Shown here in pieces: positions 25,500 to 37,360 of a stretch of DNA of 64,000 bases. This DNA comes from Octopus vulgaris. Its lineage: Eukaryota. The notes beneath the pieces were generated by a model that did not search any database, was not told where the DNA came from, and saw nothing but the letters and a program-made list of their open reading frames with translations. Position 1 is the stretch's first letter, and the number at the start of each line of letters is the position of its first letter. The translations under genes were made by a program, and so were the position numbers. The stretch lies in NCBI GenBank assembly GCA_951406725.2, contig OX597825.1, forward strand, positions 19,468,001-19,532,000, read 5' to 3'.

Positions 25500-26360
25500 A
25501 CGCGGTCCAAACACGAAGAAATCTAAGGTTATTAAACTTGGCTCTTAGAGTATGCACACTCTCCAAGACAGTCTCTCGGCACCAGAACGAAACCAGCTCT
25601 GGTTGCCCTTGAACTAAAGAAATACAACATTCACATTGTTTCACTCAGTGAAACTCGTCTTGCAGGATCATCACAGTTAAAAGAAAGTGAAGGTGGATAC
25701 ATATTTTTTCTGGTGTGAAAGAAATGAAAACGAGCCACACCACTCTGGTGTTGGTTTTGCCATCAATACAGAAATAGCTAGATCCCTTCTCTCTCTACCC
25801 AAATGTATTTCTGATCGCATCATGCCACTAAAGTTGGACATTGATTACAACACTCACGCTTCGCTTGTCAGTTGCTATGCCCCAACCAATGTCAGCACTA
25901 AGGAGAATAAGGATGAACTCTAAAACCGGCTCCGTGATGTCATCTGTAGTTGTAACCTTAGGGATAAACTTATCCTTATGGGTGACTTTCACGCTCGTGT
26001 TGATACTGAATATCAGGCTGGGGAGGGTGTGCTTGGTCACCATGGTGGAGGTTGAATGAATTCCAGCGGTCTGTGTGTGGTATCCATCAGCAGGGAATTC
26101 AGTCTGAACATCACAAATACCTTTTTACAACAGCGAAATTGTTGTAAGACGACCTGGATGTATCCTAGATTTAAGGAATGGCATCTCATAGACAATGTTA
26201 TCAATAAGAAACGAGATATTAGAGATTTAACATCACACAACCTTTCATAACACCTGCTACCTCTCTGACCATTCACTTATCCGTTGTAGGGCTACGTTCC
26301 ATCTGAAACACAAGACTACAACTGTCATCAGTGCCTAAGTGAATTAATGTTCTGAGTTAG
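25500..26360 (+). pseudogene. Decayed RTE-clade LINE apurinic-like endonuclease domain
   Basis: Joined across frameshifts: ..ELKKYNIHIVSLSETRLAG..FFWC..HHSGVGFAI..ISDRIMPLKL..LVSCYAPT..DKLILMGDFHARV..VLGHHG..NSSGL..LNITNTF..KTTWMYPRFKEWHLIDNVI. These are the characteristic RTE endonuclease motifs. Confidence 0.92.
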
Positions 26361-26487
26361 AAAAATGTTTGTAAAGCAAAATGAGCTCCCTATAGCTGTT
26401 TTCAAAAAACCTTTCAAAAATCTTTTCAAAAAACCTTTCAAAAATTTTTCGAGAATTTTTATGACAATTTATTTCATTAAAATTTTA

Positions 26488-26590
26488 TTATTATTATTAT
26501 TATTATTATTATGGTCACTGATCTGGAATCGAACTCAGAATCTTGGATTTAGTAGCCTGCGCTCTTAACCACTAAGCCATGTGCCCATAT
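26488..26590 (-). mobile_element. tRNA-like head + (AAT)n linker of the hammerhead-bearing element family
   Basis: Minus strand GGGCACATGGCTTAGTGGTTAAGAGCGCAGGCTACTAAATCCAAGATTCTGAGTTCGATTCCAGATCAGTGACC(ATA)n, homologous to 55886-55985. Confidence 0.88.
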
Positions 26591-26594
26591 GAAA

Positions 26595-26890
26595 TTACTG
26601 TGTGATGTTCCTCTACCCTTATTTTGAGGGGGCGGCATGTTTCACCTTTTTATAACCTACCACAGCTGCAAGGGATGGAGTGCGCGCAGTTTTTGATCAT
26701 ATTCTATTCTACTGCTGCTTTTACCCGAAGGAGATATTAGCGAAGTGTTGTGTTACTCTTGAATACTGTCCTGATGTCATATGGGCCGCAGAACTTTTGT
26801 ATCTTTTCGGAGAGGCCTTTCATATAGGGTAGACAGACTGCATACAGTTTATTAGTTTCATCCCCTCTGTTCTTCATAATTGGAGTAGAT
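26595..26890 (-). pseudogene. Penelope-like retroelement linker + GIY-YIG endonuclease remnant
   Basis: Single frame with three stops: VCLPYMKGLSEKIQKFCGPYDIRTVFKSNTTLR*YLLRVK..KNCAHSIPCSCGRL*KGETCRPLKIRVEEH. It fits the LPY..G.SE.I...VY.IPC.C...Y.GET.R.L..R..EH pattern of Penelope-like elements. Confidence 0.9.
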
Positions 26891-27199
26891 AATAGTTGCT
26901 AAATAGATTGTTAATGAGCTTGATCATATTCTTTGATAATTTATTTGTGTATTAATGGAAACCAATTATAATTTAACTAAATTTCGTTGAGTACTCTTCA
27001 GCAAATATTCAGCGCGAATATAGATGATATACATGTATAACCAATAGATAATGCCTTTTTTAAACACTTCTTTTATTTTTCAAACTTAAGATAAACAAAG
27101 TTAATTTTTAATCTAAAATATGCTCTCCTTCATTTTCCACAATGCTCTTCCATCTGTCTGGTAGGCTTGTTAGACACCTCTTCCAAATTCAGTTGCTCG

Positions 27200-27277
27200 A
27201 GTAAAAGGCGGTGCTCCAGCATGGCTGCAGTCAAATGACTGAAACAGATGAAAGAATAAATGAATAAAAATAAAAGA

Positions 27278-27278
<1 letters not shown>
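27200..27278 (+). mobile_element. Isolated SINE family D / LINE 3' tail
   Basis: AAAGGCGGTGCTCCAGCATGGCTGCAGTCAAATGACTGAAAC followed by an A-rich tail. Confidence 0.8.
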
Positions 27279-27279
<1 letters not shown>

Positions 27280-27313
<34 letters not shown>

Positions 27314-27416
27314 GGGGAGAGAGAGAGACAGACAGACAGGCAGACAAAATGATAGATAGATAGATAGAAATGGCAGACAGACAGACAGACAGTCGAAAAG
27401 AGAGACAGACAGAGAT

Positions 27417-27502
<86 letters not shown>

Positions 27503-27520
27503 GGACAGATAGATAGATAT
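27280..27520. repeat. Compound (TA)n/(GA)n/(GACA)n/(GATA)n microsatellite
   Basis: Read directly. Confidence 0.95.
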
Positions 27521-28102
27521 ACAAATTTTCAATATTCCTAACTAAAAATATTCATTCTAGTACATGTTAGCGGTATATTTGTATCAACAACGTAGTATAC
27601 GAGTATTCAAACGATTTTCGAGGTCATCGAAATGTTTTCTTTTATTTCTACATATTGATATAATATTATTTAAATTGATATTTGTATATTGTGTATAACA
27701 GCCATGACATTATGTGCAGCAGTTGTCATCTGTATAACACTAGAATATATTGTTGTATATGAAATCTGCAGCCATGAATAGATAATATCCTCTGTTTGTA
27801 TATTGAGACAGAGATATTTACAGCTACGTATACTTGTTGAGATGTCGTGTACTTTCAGCCATTAAATATTATCTTGCCTAGATAGAAAAGCAACGACTGA
27901 ACTAACAATATTTGTTTATTTCTTATACGTGTGTGCTTGTGCGTGTGTGAGTGTATGTGTGTTTGTGCGTGAGTATACGTGTATTTTCGTTTGGTATTTT
28001 GTTTGTAAGAATTTTCCTGTGAACTCATGTTTTGGAACAAATTTTCCTGTATGATCGGTGTACTGACTCTCCTAATATATACATATATACATATATATAT
28101 AT

Positions 28103-28222
28103 ATCACGTGATCACGTGAACGACCAGACCATCAGATGTTGTCAAACATCGCTGGTCACAATGCGTCCGCATTGTTTTAGCCTTTGAATGACGCCACCGA
28201 GCTGGCTAAGCGAGCAGGTCAA
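28103..28222 (-). mobile_element. 3' fragment of the SINE seen at 30621-30935
   Basis: Reverse complement of CCTGCTCGC.TAGCCAGC..GGCG.CATT.AAGG.TAAAACAATGCG..GCATTGTGACCAGCGATG..GTGATCAC. Sits within (TA)n. Confidence 0.8.
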
Positions 28223-28925
28223 TATATATATATTTTTCGGGTTCGGTAGCGCATACTTATCTTAAAATTAGTCGCACCTACTTCTCGTCATTCCAATTTT
28301 AACATTGTTTTTTCAAGATTTCTTCGTATCTTCTAAAATAAGAAAAAAGTACTATCTTCTTCTGAGTTATAAATAAATTCTCCATCTGAATTTGCTACGC
28401 CGTCTGAAGAGAATGAACCTGAAGTAGTTTCAGACTTCTACATTACTTACAGTAACTATTGGTATTGTTGTTGTAACTGCTGTTGTTGTTGTTGCTGCTG
28501 CAACTACACCACGCGAGACAAATCTTCCATGTTAAATAACTTTTTTTTTGTTTCGTATAAAAAAAATAAACACAATTGAAACGTTCTACACAAACCTCGA
28601 ATAACTCGTTGCCACTTTTATATCGTTCCATATGTTGGTATACATAAATTATGCGACGTACTTCGCGAGACTACCAAAACGCATACTACTAATACTCCCG
28701 ACTTCTATTCTTTATAAGTCGTCGTCTTGTCCATTCTCCAATCAGATAGAGGTGACAATGACCCTTACCACAAGTTAACATATATATATATATACCAATA
28801 CAGTTACGACTATGCTGTTGTAGGTACAACATGCTCTTTGTCTATCTCCTTAACTTCTTGGAGGTTTTAGATATAATTATACTAATGTGTGCATCTGTTC
28901 TAATTTAATTAAATTCTATGGCTTT

Positions 28926-29013
28926 GAGCAGCTGAAGATTGCTCTACATGTTAAATTGATGTAATGATTGCATTGTTCAATTAATGGAGTTGCATGAAAC
29001 GATCGTACTGCTT
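28926..29013 (+). ncRNA. Type I hammerhead ribozyme motif of the Penelope-associated kind
   Basis: Stem I GAGCAG/CTGCTT; core CTGAAGA (28932-28938); long stem II (TGCTC..TTAAATTGA / TCAATTAATGGAG.TTGCA); GAAA (28996-28999); palindromic stem III ACGATCGT; cleavage triplet GTA. Confidence 0.75.
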
Positions 29014-29045
29014 TACCTTTGGATATCCTTGTTGCTTATTTTGAT

Positions 29046-29116
<71 letters not shown>

Positions 29117-29882
29117 TAGGATCGAAAATATCAATGTAAACTTTATGAATGATGCATGACTTGTAATTAAGGAGCAACTGTAAATTTTCTTATTAAGGAC
29201 AATCAACTTGGAAGGAAAAGAAGAAAGAAAAAATGTCATTTAAATGCAAATGTTCTTAACGACACTCAAGTGTTGACTAATCTTTATGAAGTGACAATTC
29301 AGCAACGTAAAAGAAAAAAGCAGGTCGTAACTTTACTTTTCTCGGTAAGTTATATCATATATATTTAAGGAGTGTGTGTGTGTGCATTATTCTCCTACCT
29401 TTTCTTACTATACTCTTATTCCCGAACCACTAAGTTACGAGGATGATGTGGAGGAAAAACACAGACGCACAAACATACACGCATACACACACACAAACAC
29501 ACACACACATACACAGACACACACATAGACAGTAAATCAAAGCCAGTTCTTTCCAGGATTTGTTTAGCTTTAACACTGAATGAATTTAATAAAAACATCT
29601 AAATATGAAACATCATGAAAATAGTTCAAGCTGAAGTTCTTCTTGAGTGATGTGTTTTTCCATTCAGTAAAGAAATACAGATAGTATTTATGTAATGGTG
29701 ATTTACTACCCTGTGACATTTACCCAACCCTGTATATAATATATATATATATATATATTACAGGGTGCATAAACAATGCACATGCACCGAGTTCAAAATA
29801 TAAAATTGTGAGAAATTAGCAATTGGTACCTGCATACCTTTTACTTGATGCAGTCATTTTGACTGCAACCACGTTGCCCGTT

Positions 29883-29992
<110 letters not shown>

Positions 29993-30045
29993 TTGTGTGT
30001 GTGTATGTGTGCGTGTGTGTTGTGTTGTGTGTGTGTATAGATATC

Positions 30046-30079
<34 letters not shown>

Positions 30080-30099
30080 TATAGATAGATAGACATTTG

Positions 30100-30298
30100 T
30101 TTGTGTGTCTTTGTTCCCCCACCATTGCTTGACAACCTATGTTGGCATTTTTACATACCCGCAACTTAGCGGTTCAGCACAAAGGACGGATAGAATAAGA
30201 ACTAGGACGTATAAAGAATAAGTCCTGGCGTCGATTCGTTCGACTAAAGGCGGTGCTCCAGCATGAACGAGGTCAAATAACCGAAACCAGTAAATGAA
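30100..30298 (+). mobile_element. SINE family D, 3' half
   Basis: CCCCCACCATTGCTTGACAACC..AACTTAGCGGTTC..AAGAATAAGTCCTGG..CGACTAAAGGCGGTGCTCCAGCATG. Confidence 0.85.
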
Positions 30299-30421
30299 TA
30301 TATAACTATATATCTATATTAATTCTTACCTATTTTGTTTTTATTTCAATCTGGCCACTGATACGATCGTCATTTTTATTACGATTTTCCCATTAATTAC
30401 GTATGCACATGTGTATTATAT

Positions 30422-30466
<45 letters not shown>

Positions 30467-30582
30467 TATATATGTTTGTATATATATATATATGAATATA
30501 TATATATATACATGCATACATATATATATATATATATACCGGCGATTATAATTAATTTTATTGTATCGCATTTATCTTTGTT

Positions 30583-30620
<38 letters not shown>

Positions 30621-30624
<4 letters not shown>

Positions 30625-30932
30625 GAGGCGCAATGGTCCAGTGGTTAGGGCAGCGGACTCGCAGTCGTAAGATCGCAGTTTCGATTCCCAGACCAGGCGT
30701 TGTGAGTGTTTATTGAGCGAAAACACCTAAAGTTCCACGAGGCTCCGGCAGGGGATGGTGGCGATCCCTGCTGTACTCTTTCGCTACAACTTTCTCTCAC
30801 TCTTTCTTCTGTTGGCCTGCTCGCCTAGCCAGCGGGGCGGCGCCATTTGAAGGGTAAAACAATGCGAAGCGCATTGTGACCAGCGATATGTAGGCAACAA
30901 TTGACAGCCTGACCGATCAAGGTGATCACGGT

Positions 30933-30935
<3 letters not shown>
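30621..30935 (+). mobile_element. tRNA-headed SINE (family B-related head, different tail)
   Basis: TGTGGAGGCGCAATGGTCCAGTGGTTAGGGCAGCGGACTCGCAGTCGTAAGATCGCAGTTTCGATTCCC; shares GAGCGAAAACACCTAAAG.TCCACG.GGCTCCGGCAG with 14359-14666; tail ends in GTGATCAC repeats. Confidence 0.85.
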
Positions 30936-31006
<71 letters not shown>

Positions 31007-31358
31007 AGCTTGTAATGTATCAGTTATCTAATTGATAACAGATATATTAACTAAATCTGATAGTGTCTATCCTCCCATTTCTTACGCGAGGTCATTATGA
31101 TCGGTGGTTACATTGCAATTTTCTAAGAGAAAAGTTGTTTGTAATTGGCAATGTGGTCGTCAAAGCAATTTTCAGGATTGGACAATTGTGAATTTATTCG
31201 CATAAAACCATTGGTATCACATGGACAGCGTTAAATTCTTATAGAATCTATTCAAAAAACCAATATGTGTTTTTGATCAATTCTTGTCTAGTCCGTTACT
31301 CTCATATATATATATATATATATGTGTGTGTGTTAGCATGTACAAACACACACACACT

Positions 31359-31406
<48 letters not shown>

Positions 31407-32290
31407 CGTAACTTTATGCTTGTATACCTATCCATATATGTGTCTGTGTATGTGAGTGTGTGTGTGTGCCTTCTGCTTCTCTGTCTGTGCGTGTGTATGC
31501 GTTTCTGTGTGTGCGTCTATTACCTATTTTAGGACTGTGAAATGACAACAATTATATGCCTGACAATTGGATGTGTTTTCTAAATATGATGGCCAATATT
31601 AGATTAGACTAAACTTGATTATGTTCGCAGACAGTATTCAAATCACTGTAAAATACTAGACATACTATTTGTCGTGTTTCTTTTCTTATTCTGATTCGAA
31701 GAGGATGAAAATCGCCCACAGAATATTCTTTAAGAAAGGGGGATATATCTACTTCTCTAAGTTCGGAGTTATCCACTCATAGAATTTGTGTCATATAACT
31801 TATATATTTTCGAACATTTACTTATGTGATGTTAACTTATTTTAGAAGAAACGAGTTCGTAAGACAGTGATGTACGACTATGGTGCATATTTTTTGTAGT
31901 ACACCCAAATACAGAAATCACAAAATGAATACGATGTAAAAATGTGTACGAAGGACAAGACGGGAGAAAGTATGTAATGTATTACATTGTCTTACAAATG
32001 TTTCTGGTATAGAATGCAGTGCACTGAGAACTAAGCTAATGAAGTAGATCTCGCAATTCATGTTCTGTCGCATTTGTTTAATTTCGTATTACGCTCACTA
32101 AAGCATTATTCTGAAGCATATATATACATACATATATATATACATATATATATATATTACTATATTACTACCTCAATTCATCTAATTGTATATATCTGTC
32201 GTTATCTTTCATAAAAAGCCTTTTTCTTTTTTTATTTACAATCTACATTTTCGTTGATTTTTCTTACTTTCCCCTTACATTTCCACGTGT

Positions 32291-32575
32291 AGTACCAGTT
32301 ATGCACTGGAGTCGATATAACCGACTTAATCCGTTTGTCTGTCCTTGATTGTCCTCTCTGTGTTTAGCCCCTTGCGGGTAGTAAAGAAATAGGTATTTCG
32401 TCTGCCGTTATGTTATCAGCTCAAATTCCACCGAGCTTGACTTTGCCTTTCCTCCTTTCTGGGTCGATTAAATAGGTACCAGTTACGCACTGGGGTCGAT
32501 GTAATTGACTTAATCCGTTTGTCTACCCTTGTTTGTCCCCTTGAAGTTTAGCCCCGTGTAGAGATAAATAAAGAA
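32291..32575 (+). mobile_element. 5'-truncated SINE family A dimer
   Basis: Junction GTAAAGAAATAGGTATTTCGTCTGCCG at ~32381-32407. Confidence 0.85.
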
Positions 32576-32911
32576 GAATATAATCCTTGAGAATATAATT
32601 CTTTACAGCTTTATAAAACTGACAACCCTTAAAATTGTTACTAAGCCCCATATATATCAAATGTACTTTCTTTTCAGTTGTGGCAAAATTGTGTATGAAC
32701 TCTATATTTGAAAGGACCCCTTTTAAACTCTGTTGGACTATTGGACTTTCCTCATAGGGTACTGGAATATTACATATATACCATTCTGCCTAAAAATGGA
32801 TTTACAATTTCAATATCCATATATATCTTGCATCTATTTTCTTTCATCCACCTCACTCTCTATTTTATATCACATCTAAACTAACTATGACTTAATCATC
32901 CTCTCACACTA

Positions 32912-32961
32912 TCTCCGATGAAGGGATATAATTAATAAATATCCTGGAAACAGCTGTAAGA
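32912..32961 (+). ncRNA. Hammerhead ribozyme motif with variant core CCGATGA
   Basis: Stem I TCT/AGA; CCGATGA (32915-32921); stem II GGGATA/TATCCT; GAAA (32947-32950); palindromic stem III ACAGCTGT; GTA triplet. Confidence 0.6.
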
Positions 32962-33047
32962 CCTTCTATCTATAAATGTTCTAATATCTACACAGCCTTG
33001 GTTTTTTTTATCTCAATTTTACGCAAAAAATTCTTATATATATATAT

Positions 33048-33310
33048 ATCACCTTGATCACCTTGACCGACCAGTCCGTCGGGCGTCTATTTGACACCAC
33101 TGGTCACAGCAAGCTGTCCACTCCTCTCTGGATCACGCTTTTCTCATCCACGTGATCCAACGTGATCCCTGCTTGACAACCGATGCTGGTGTGTCTACGT
33201 CCCCGTAACTCAGCAGCTCGGCAAAAGATAACGGCAGAACAAGTACTAGGCTTACGAAGAATAAGTCCTGGGGTCAATGTGCAGTCAAATAACTGAAACA
33301 AATAAAAGAA
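33048..33310. mobile_element. Adjacent SINE fragments (GTGATC-tail fragment on -, family D 3' half on +)
   Basis: TCACCTTGATCACCTTGACCGACCAG..CTGGTCACAG, then GCTTGACAACCGATGCTGGTGTG..GCAGTCAAATAACTGAAAC. Confidence 0.75.
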
Positions 33311-33860
33311 TATATTAGTATATAATGTACAAGTGCATAAGTATATGAATATATAAAAGGTAAATTAATAAATGTGTTGGTTTATTGGATCGATGAACAG
33401 CTTAAAGAAATTAAGAGTGTATATATTTTCCATGATGCGGAAAACCATAGACAAGCAAGTCTCTCTGCTTCTCAGGAATATTTCTCCCTTCAACACTCAT
33501 TTATAAGAAGCTATGACATCCAGAGTTGTCTCCGGTAGAGATGAATGGTTTCAATCTGAATTTGTACACGTCATAGTATAACCGTATGTAACATTCATGC
33601 ATATGTGTGCGTATGTATGTGTGTGCTCGTGTGTCTGTATGTGTGTGTTCGTGTGTCTATATGTGTGTGTATGTGTGATTGTGTGTGTGTGTGTGTAAAT
33701 TAGTGTGGGTTCGTGTATGCTTGTGCGTGTACGCGCATCCATAGTTACACATACGTACACTCCCAAACAGACACAAACACACACATATAATACATAAAGA
33801 GTCATATAGCTGCATGTATACGTACGCATATAAATAATGATAAACTTATATATGTGTGTA

Positions 33861-33919
<59 letters not shown>

Positions 33920-34067
33920 ATATGATAACAAATATGTATACATATGTATGTAGATATTGATAGATAAGCATATAGATAGACAGACATATGTAAATACACA
34001 CACACTCATATATGTATAACACATACACACACACTTATACACAGACATACAAACATACATATACTTT

Positions 34068-34098
<31 letters not shown>

Positions 34099-34257
34099 CA
34101 TATATACATATACATATATACACATATATACATATATATATAAATTAGAACAATCAAATTTTACATCACTCCGTATTTGTGGAGATTAATTTAGTTTTAG
34201 TGTTCTTTTTGTAGCTTTAGATTTCATTTATTCTCTGCCACCATCTCTCTTTCTCAC

Positions 34258-34300
<43 letters not shown>

Positions 34301-35960
34301 TTCTCAAAATTTCCTCGATTTTATATTAATGTCCCAGTTAGTTAAGGGTCCATTAATGTGTTTCTAGTGATGTCCTGCTAGAATTTTCTTATTTTTCTTT
34401 TCATTGTTAATGACACAGCCGTTCTTCTCATTCAGTATTTCCGCACCACTGGTTTTCAAGACAATTTTAAACAAGGGACAAATTGTAGTGTTGCAGATAT
34501 AAAAAGGCAATTATATTCTACTGGTTTCCGCATTAGTTTACAGCGATGACAGAGTAAGTATAGAGAAGTTTATATCAATTATTTCTTGGAATCAAACGCG
34601 TAACCAATACTGGCAGTCAATACAGATCTTAATTATATTGCGCACTAATCTATAATGTAATTTATTGTGAAAAGTCTTTGGTCTTGCGCCATTATTAAGA
34701 AGCCATCTGTCTTGGTGTGTATAGATCTAAAATATATGGAACTTTAGATGCAATATACTTTTGTCGCCATCTTCTTTGTTTGCTTCACCGAGAATATTGT
34801 CTGTGGAGATATTTCTCTAAACTATTTGGTTTGGAAGATGATATATTCGATATAATTTAACCTTTTAGCATTTATCCTACAGTCTTTTATTTATATAATA
34901 AGGAAGAAAATATAAACCTATCAACTTTTTGCAGTATTTACATATAAACACGCAGACACACACACCCATCATATGTGTGTGCGTATATGTCATAGTGCAT
35001 ATGTGTTATTATACTTTTATGTGTATGTACTTATATATCTGATCTTTCCTTTGTATATTTACTCAATGTCATTACCTTGGAGGTGCCGTGGTACATTAAG
35101 TTCATTCCTGTATTTATGTCTTTAAATTTTGAAATATGTATATCATTTTGGTTTGGGATCACATTTAGGACTTTACTGAGAAGGAATTTCCATTCAATAA
35201 TTATTAAGTAACCGCAAATGCTTCGAGCGTTCCATTTATTCCCCAATGAAAGTGATTTATAGCCGAGGTTCAAGGAGAGACCGACAACAAGCCTGGTAGC
35301 GGAAGTAGATTTCCAGCTAAATACATTAGGCGTTTCAGTAGTTGAATAATGTTTATCATAAAACTTAAAGAACATGTACACCGGAATATAAATACAGGTG
35401 GTTGACATCAGGTAATTTGGGGGACAAAATCTTAGTAATTGCAGCTCATGGTATTTAAATGTATCGATAATATGTGAAGAATATTGTTATATTAAAAATC
35501 TAAGAATATCCAGTAAAATATGTTACATTAGTCCATACTTTTACAGTTAGGAACAATTTCAGGGGTGATGCATGCTGCTGTAATTCAGAACTACTCTCAT
35601 ATTGAAGCATTAAGGTAGATTTTTATATCTCATTTCTCTTTGGTGAGAACATTTGGTATAGAAATGCTTTTCGAAAACGAATAATATAGGCAACATACGC
35701 AGTTATTATAACATCTAATATATCTAATTAAAATTGAAGAACAGGTGTGTGTTTTATTATGCGATAGATTACCAATAAAAGAAAAGCACACACACACAGC
35801 AACTGTGAAGTTAGATTGTTTGATTTTAATAGAAAGCATTCTAAAAATGTGATAAAATGTATAAAACGTTGCAATCCAAGCGTTGTAATATCGTTATACA
35901 AATATATCTGGCGACACAAAGAGAAAGATGACACTAATGTACGTAGCCCAAAATTGTATC

Positions 35961-36530
35961 TATTAGTTTGTCCGGAAAGTTCGTGCCGATTTATAGTAGC
36001 TTATCTTTCGACTTATTTTAGAACATGGTTGAGTCCATAAAATAGAAATTGACTAAACCTCCATTTAGAGCACAGTTTAAGCTATCTTTTCGTAGAAGAA
36101 GGTTTATGTTCCTATAACCTGTGTTAATTCTGTAACCCTTTAAAATGGAGGATAAGAAAGTCCATTTTCGGCACTTGATGCTTTGGGAACCAGAAAAAGA
36201 TTTCTGTAGCTCGGCTGGGATGTGTTACCCTACCTTCCATATTAACCAGATATTGCTCCTTCCGATTTCCACTTATTCAGGTCTCTGCAGAATAGTCTTT
36301 ACGGTAAAAATTTCAATTCCTTGGATGACGTAAAAAGATACTTTGATGAATTCTTTGCCACGAAACCACCTCAATTCTGGGAAGAGGGTATTTTCAAGTT
36401 AAAGGAAAGATGGAAACGCATTGTGCAACAAAATGGTTCATATTTGGTTGATTAAAAATGTAATGGCAAGTATTTATTGACCTTTTTCTTGCCTTTAAAA
36501 ATCGGCACGAACTTTCCGGTCAGCCTAATA
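35961..36530 (+). mobile_element. Internally deleted mariner element with both TIRs and TA target sites
   Basis: TA-TTAGTTTGTCCGGAAAGTTCGTGCCGATTT ... AAATCGGCACGAACTTTCCGGTCAGCCTAA-TA. N-terminus MEDKKVHFRHLMLWE is joined to C-terminus GWDVLPYLPY*PDIAPSDFHLFRSLQNSL..GIFKLKERWKRIVQQNGSYLVD*. Confidence 0.95.
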
Positions 36531-37234
36531 GAAGCTATCAATCCTGATGCACAATTAAGCAAATCAATTTACATGGATCTGGTATGAAATCATTCATGTA
36601 ACCATTTTTATGAGAACGTCAAACATCAGAAGAATCGGTTCCAAATATACAAATAAACAAAATATTTAAGGAGTAACAATAAAGTAAATAAATTTGAGTT
36701 GTCGCTGCAAATATTGTTTGTATATACACCACAACGTAAATTGTTGATGAGTAGCTACACTAAATCATCTTATTAAATAAGAAACCTAAAATATTTTATC
36801 TTAACATTAGGAAAGAGGAAAAGAAATCTAGAAATATAAATCATTGAAATTTAAATGTTTAACATATTTCTATCTAGAATTCATAATTAATATCTCTAAC
36901 ACTGCTTTTTTGCTTTTTTTAGCTTAATTTTAAATATATTAACAAACTTGTAAATTAAGCCATCACTTATAATCTCTCTGTAAGGATAAGTGAAAACCCT
37001 CAATGGAGTGCATCGCTAATATTTACAGCGAAGCTACTGCACATTCACAGGTATACACAGTACAGATACTAAACTGATTACGTTAAATTTGCTCGTTAAC
37101 ATAATTCCATTATTTTGCCACTTCCCTCTGCATTTTTAACCCTACCTCAGATGTATCTACTTTCGGTGTTTGTTAGCCAAGGGTATTGTATTTTCCCCTT
37201 AATTAAAATAATTAAGAAATGAAATATATTTGAG

Positions 37235-37360
37235 TGTGTGTATGTACGTATGCATGCATGCATGTATGTATGTATGTATGTACGTGTGTATGTATGTATG
37301 TATGTATGTATGTATGTATGTATGTATGTATGTACGTATTCTGTATGTGTGTATGTATGT
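37235..37360. repeat. (TATG)n microsatellite
   Basis: Read directly. Confidence 0.93.
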
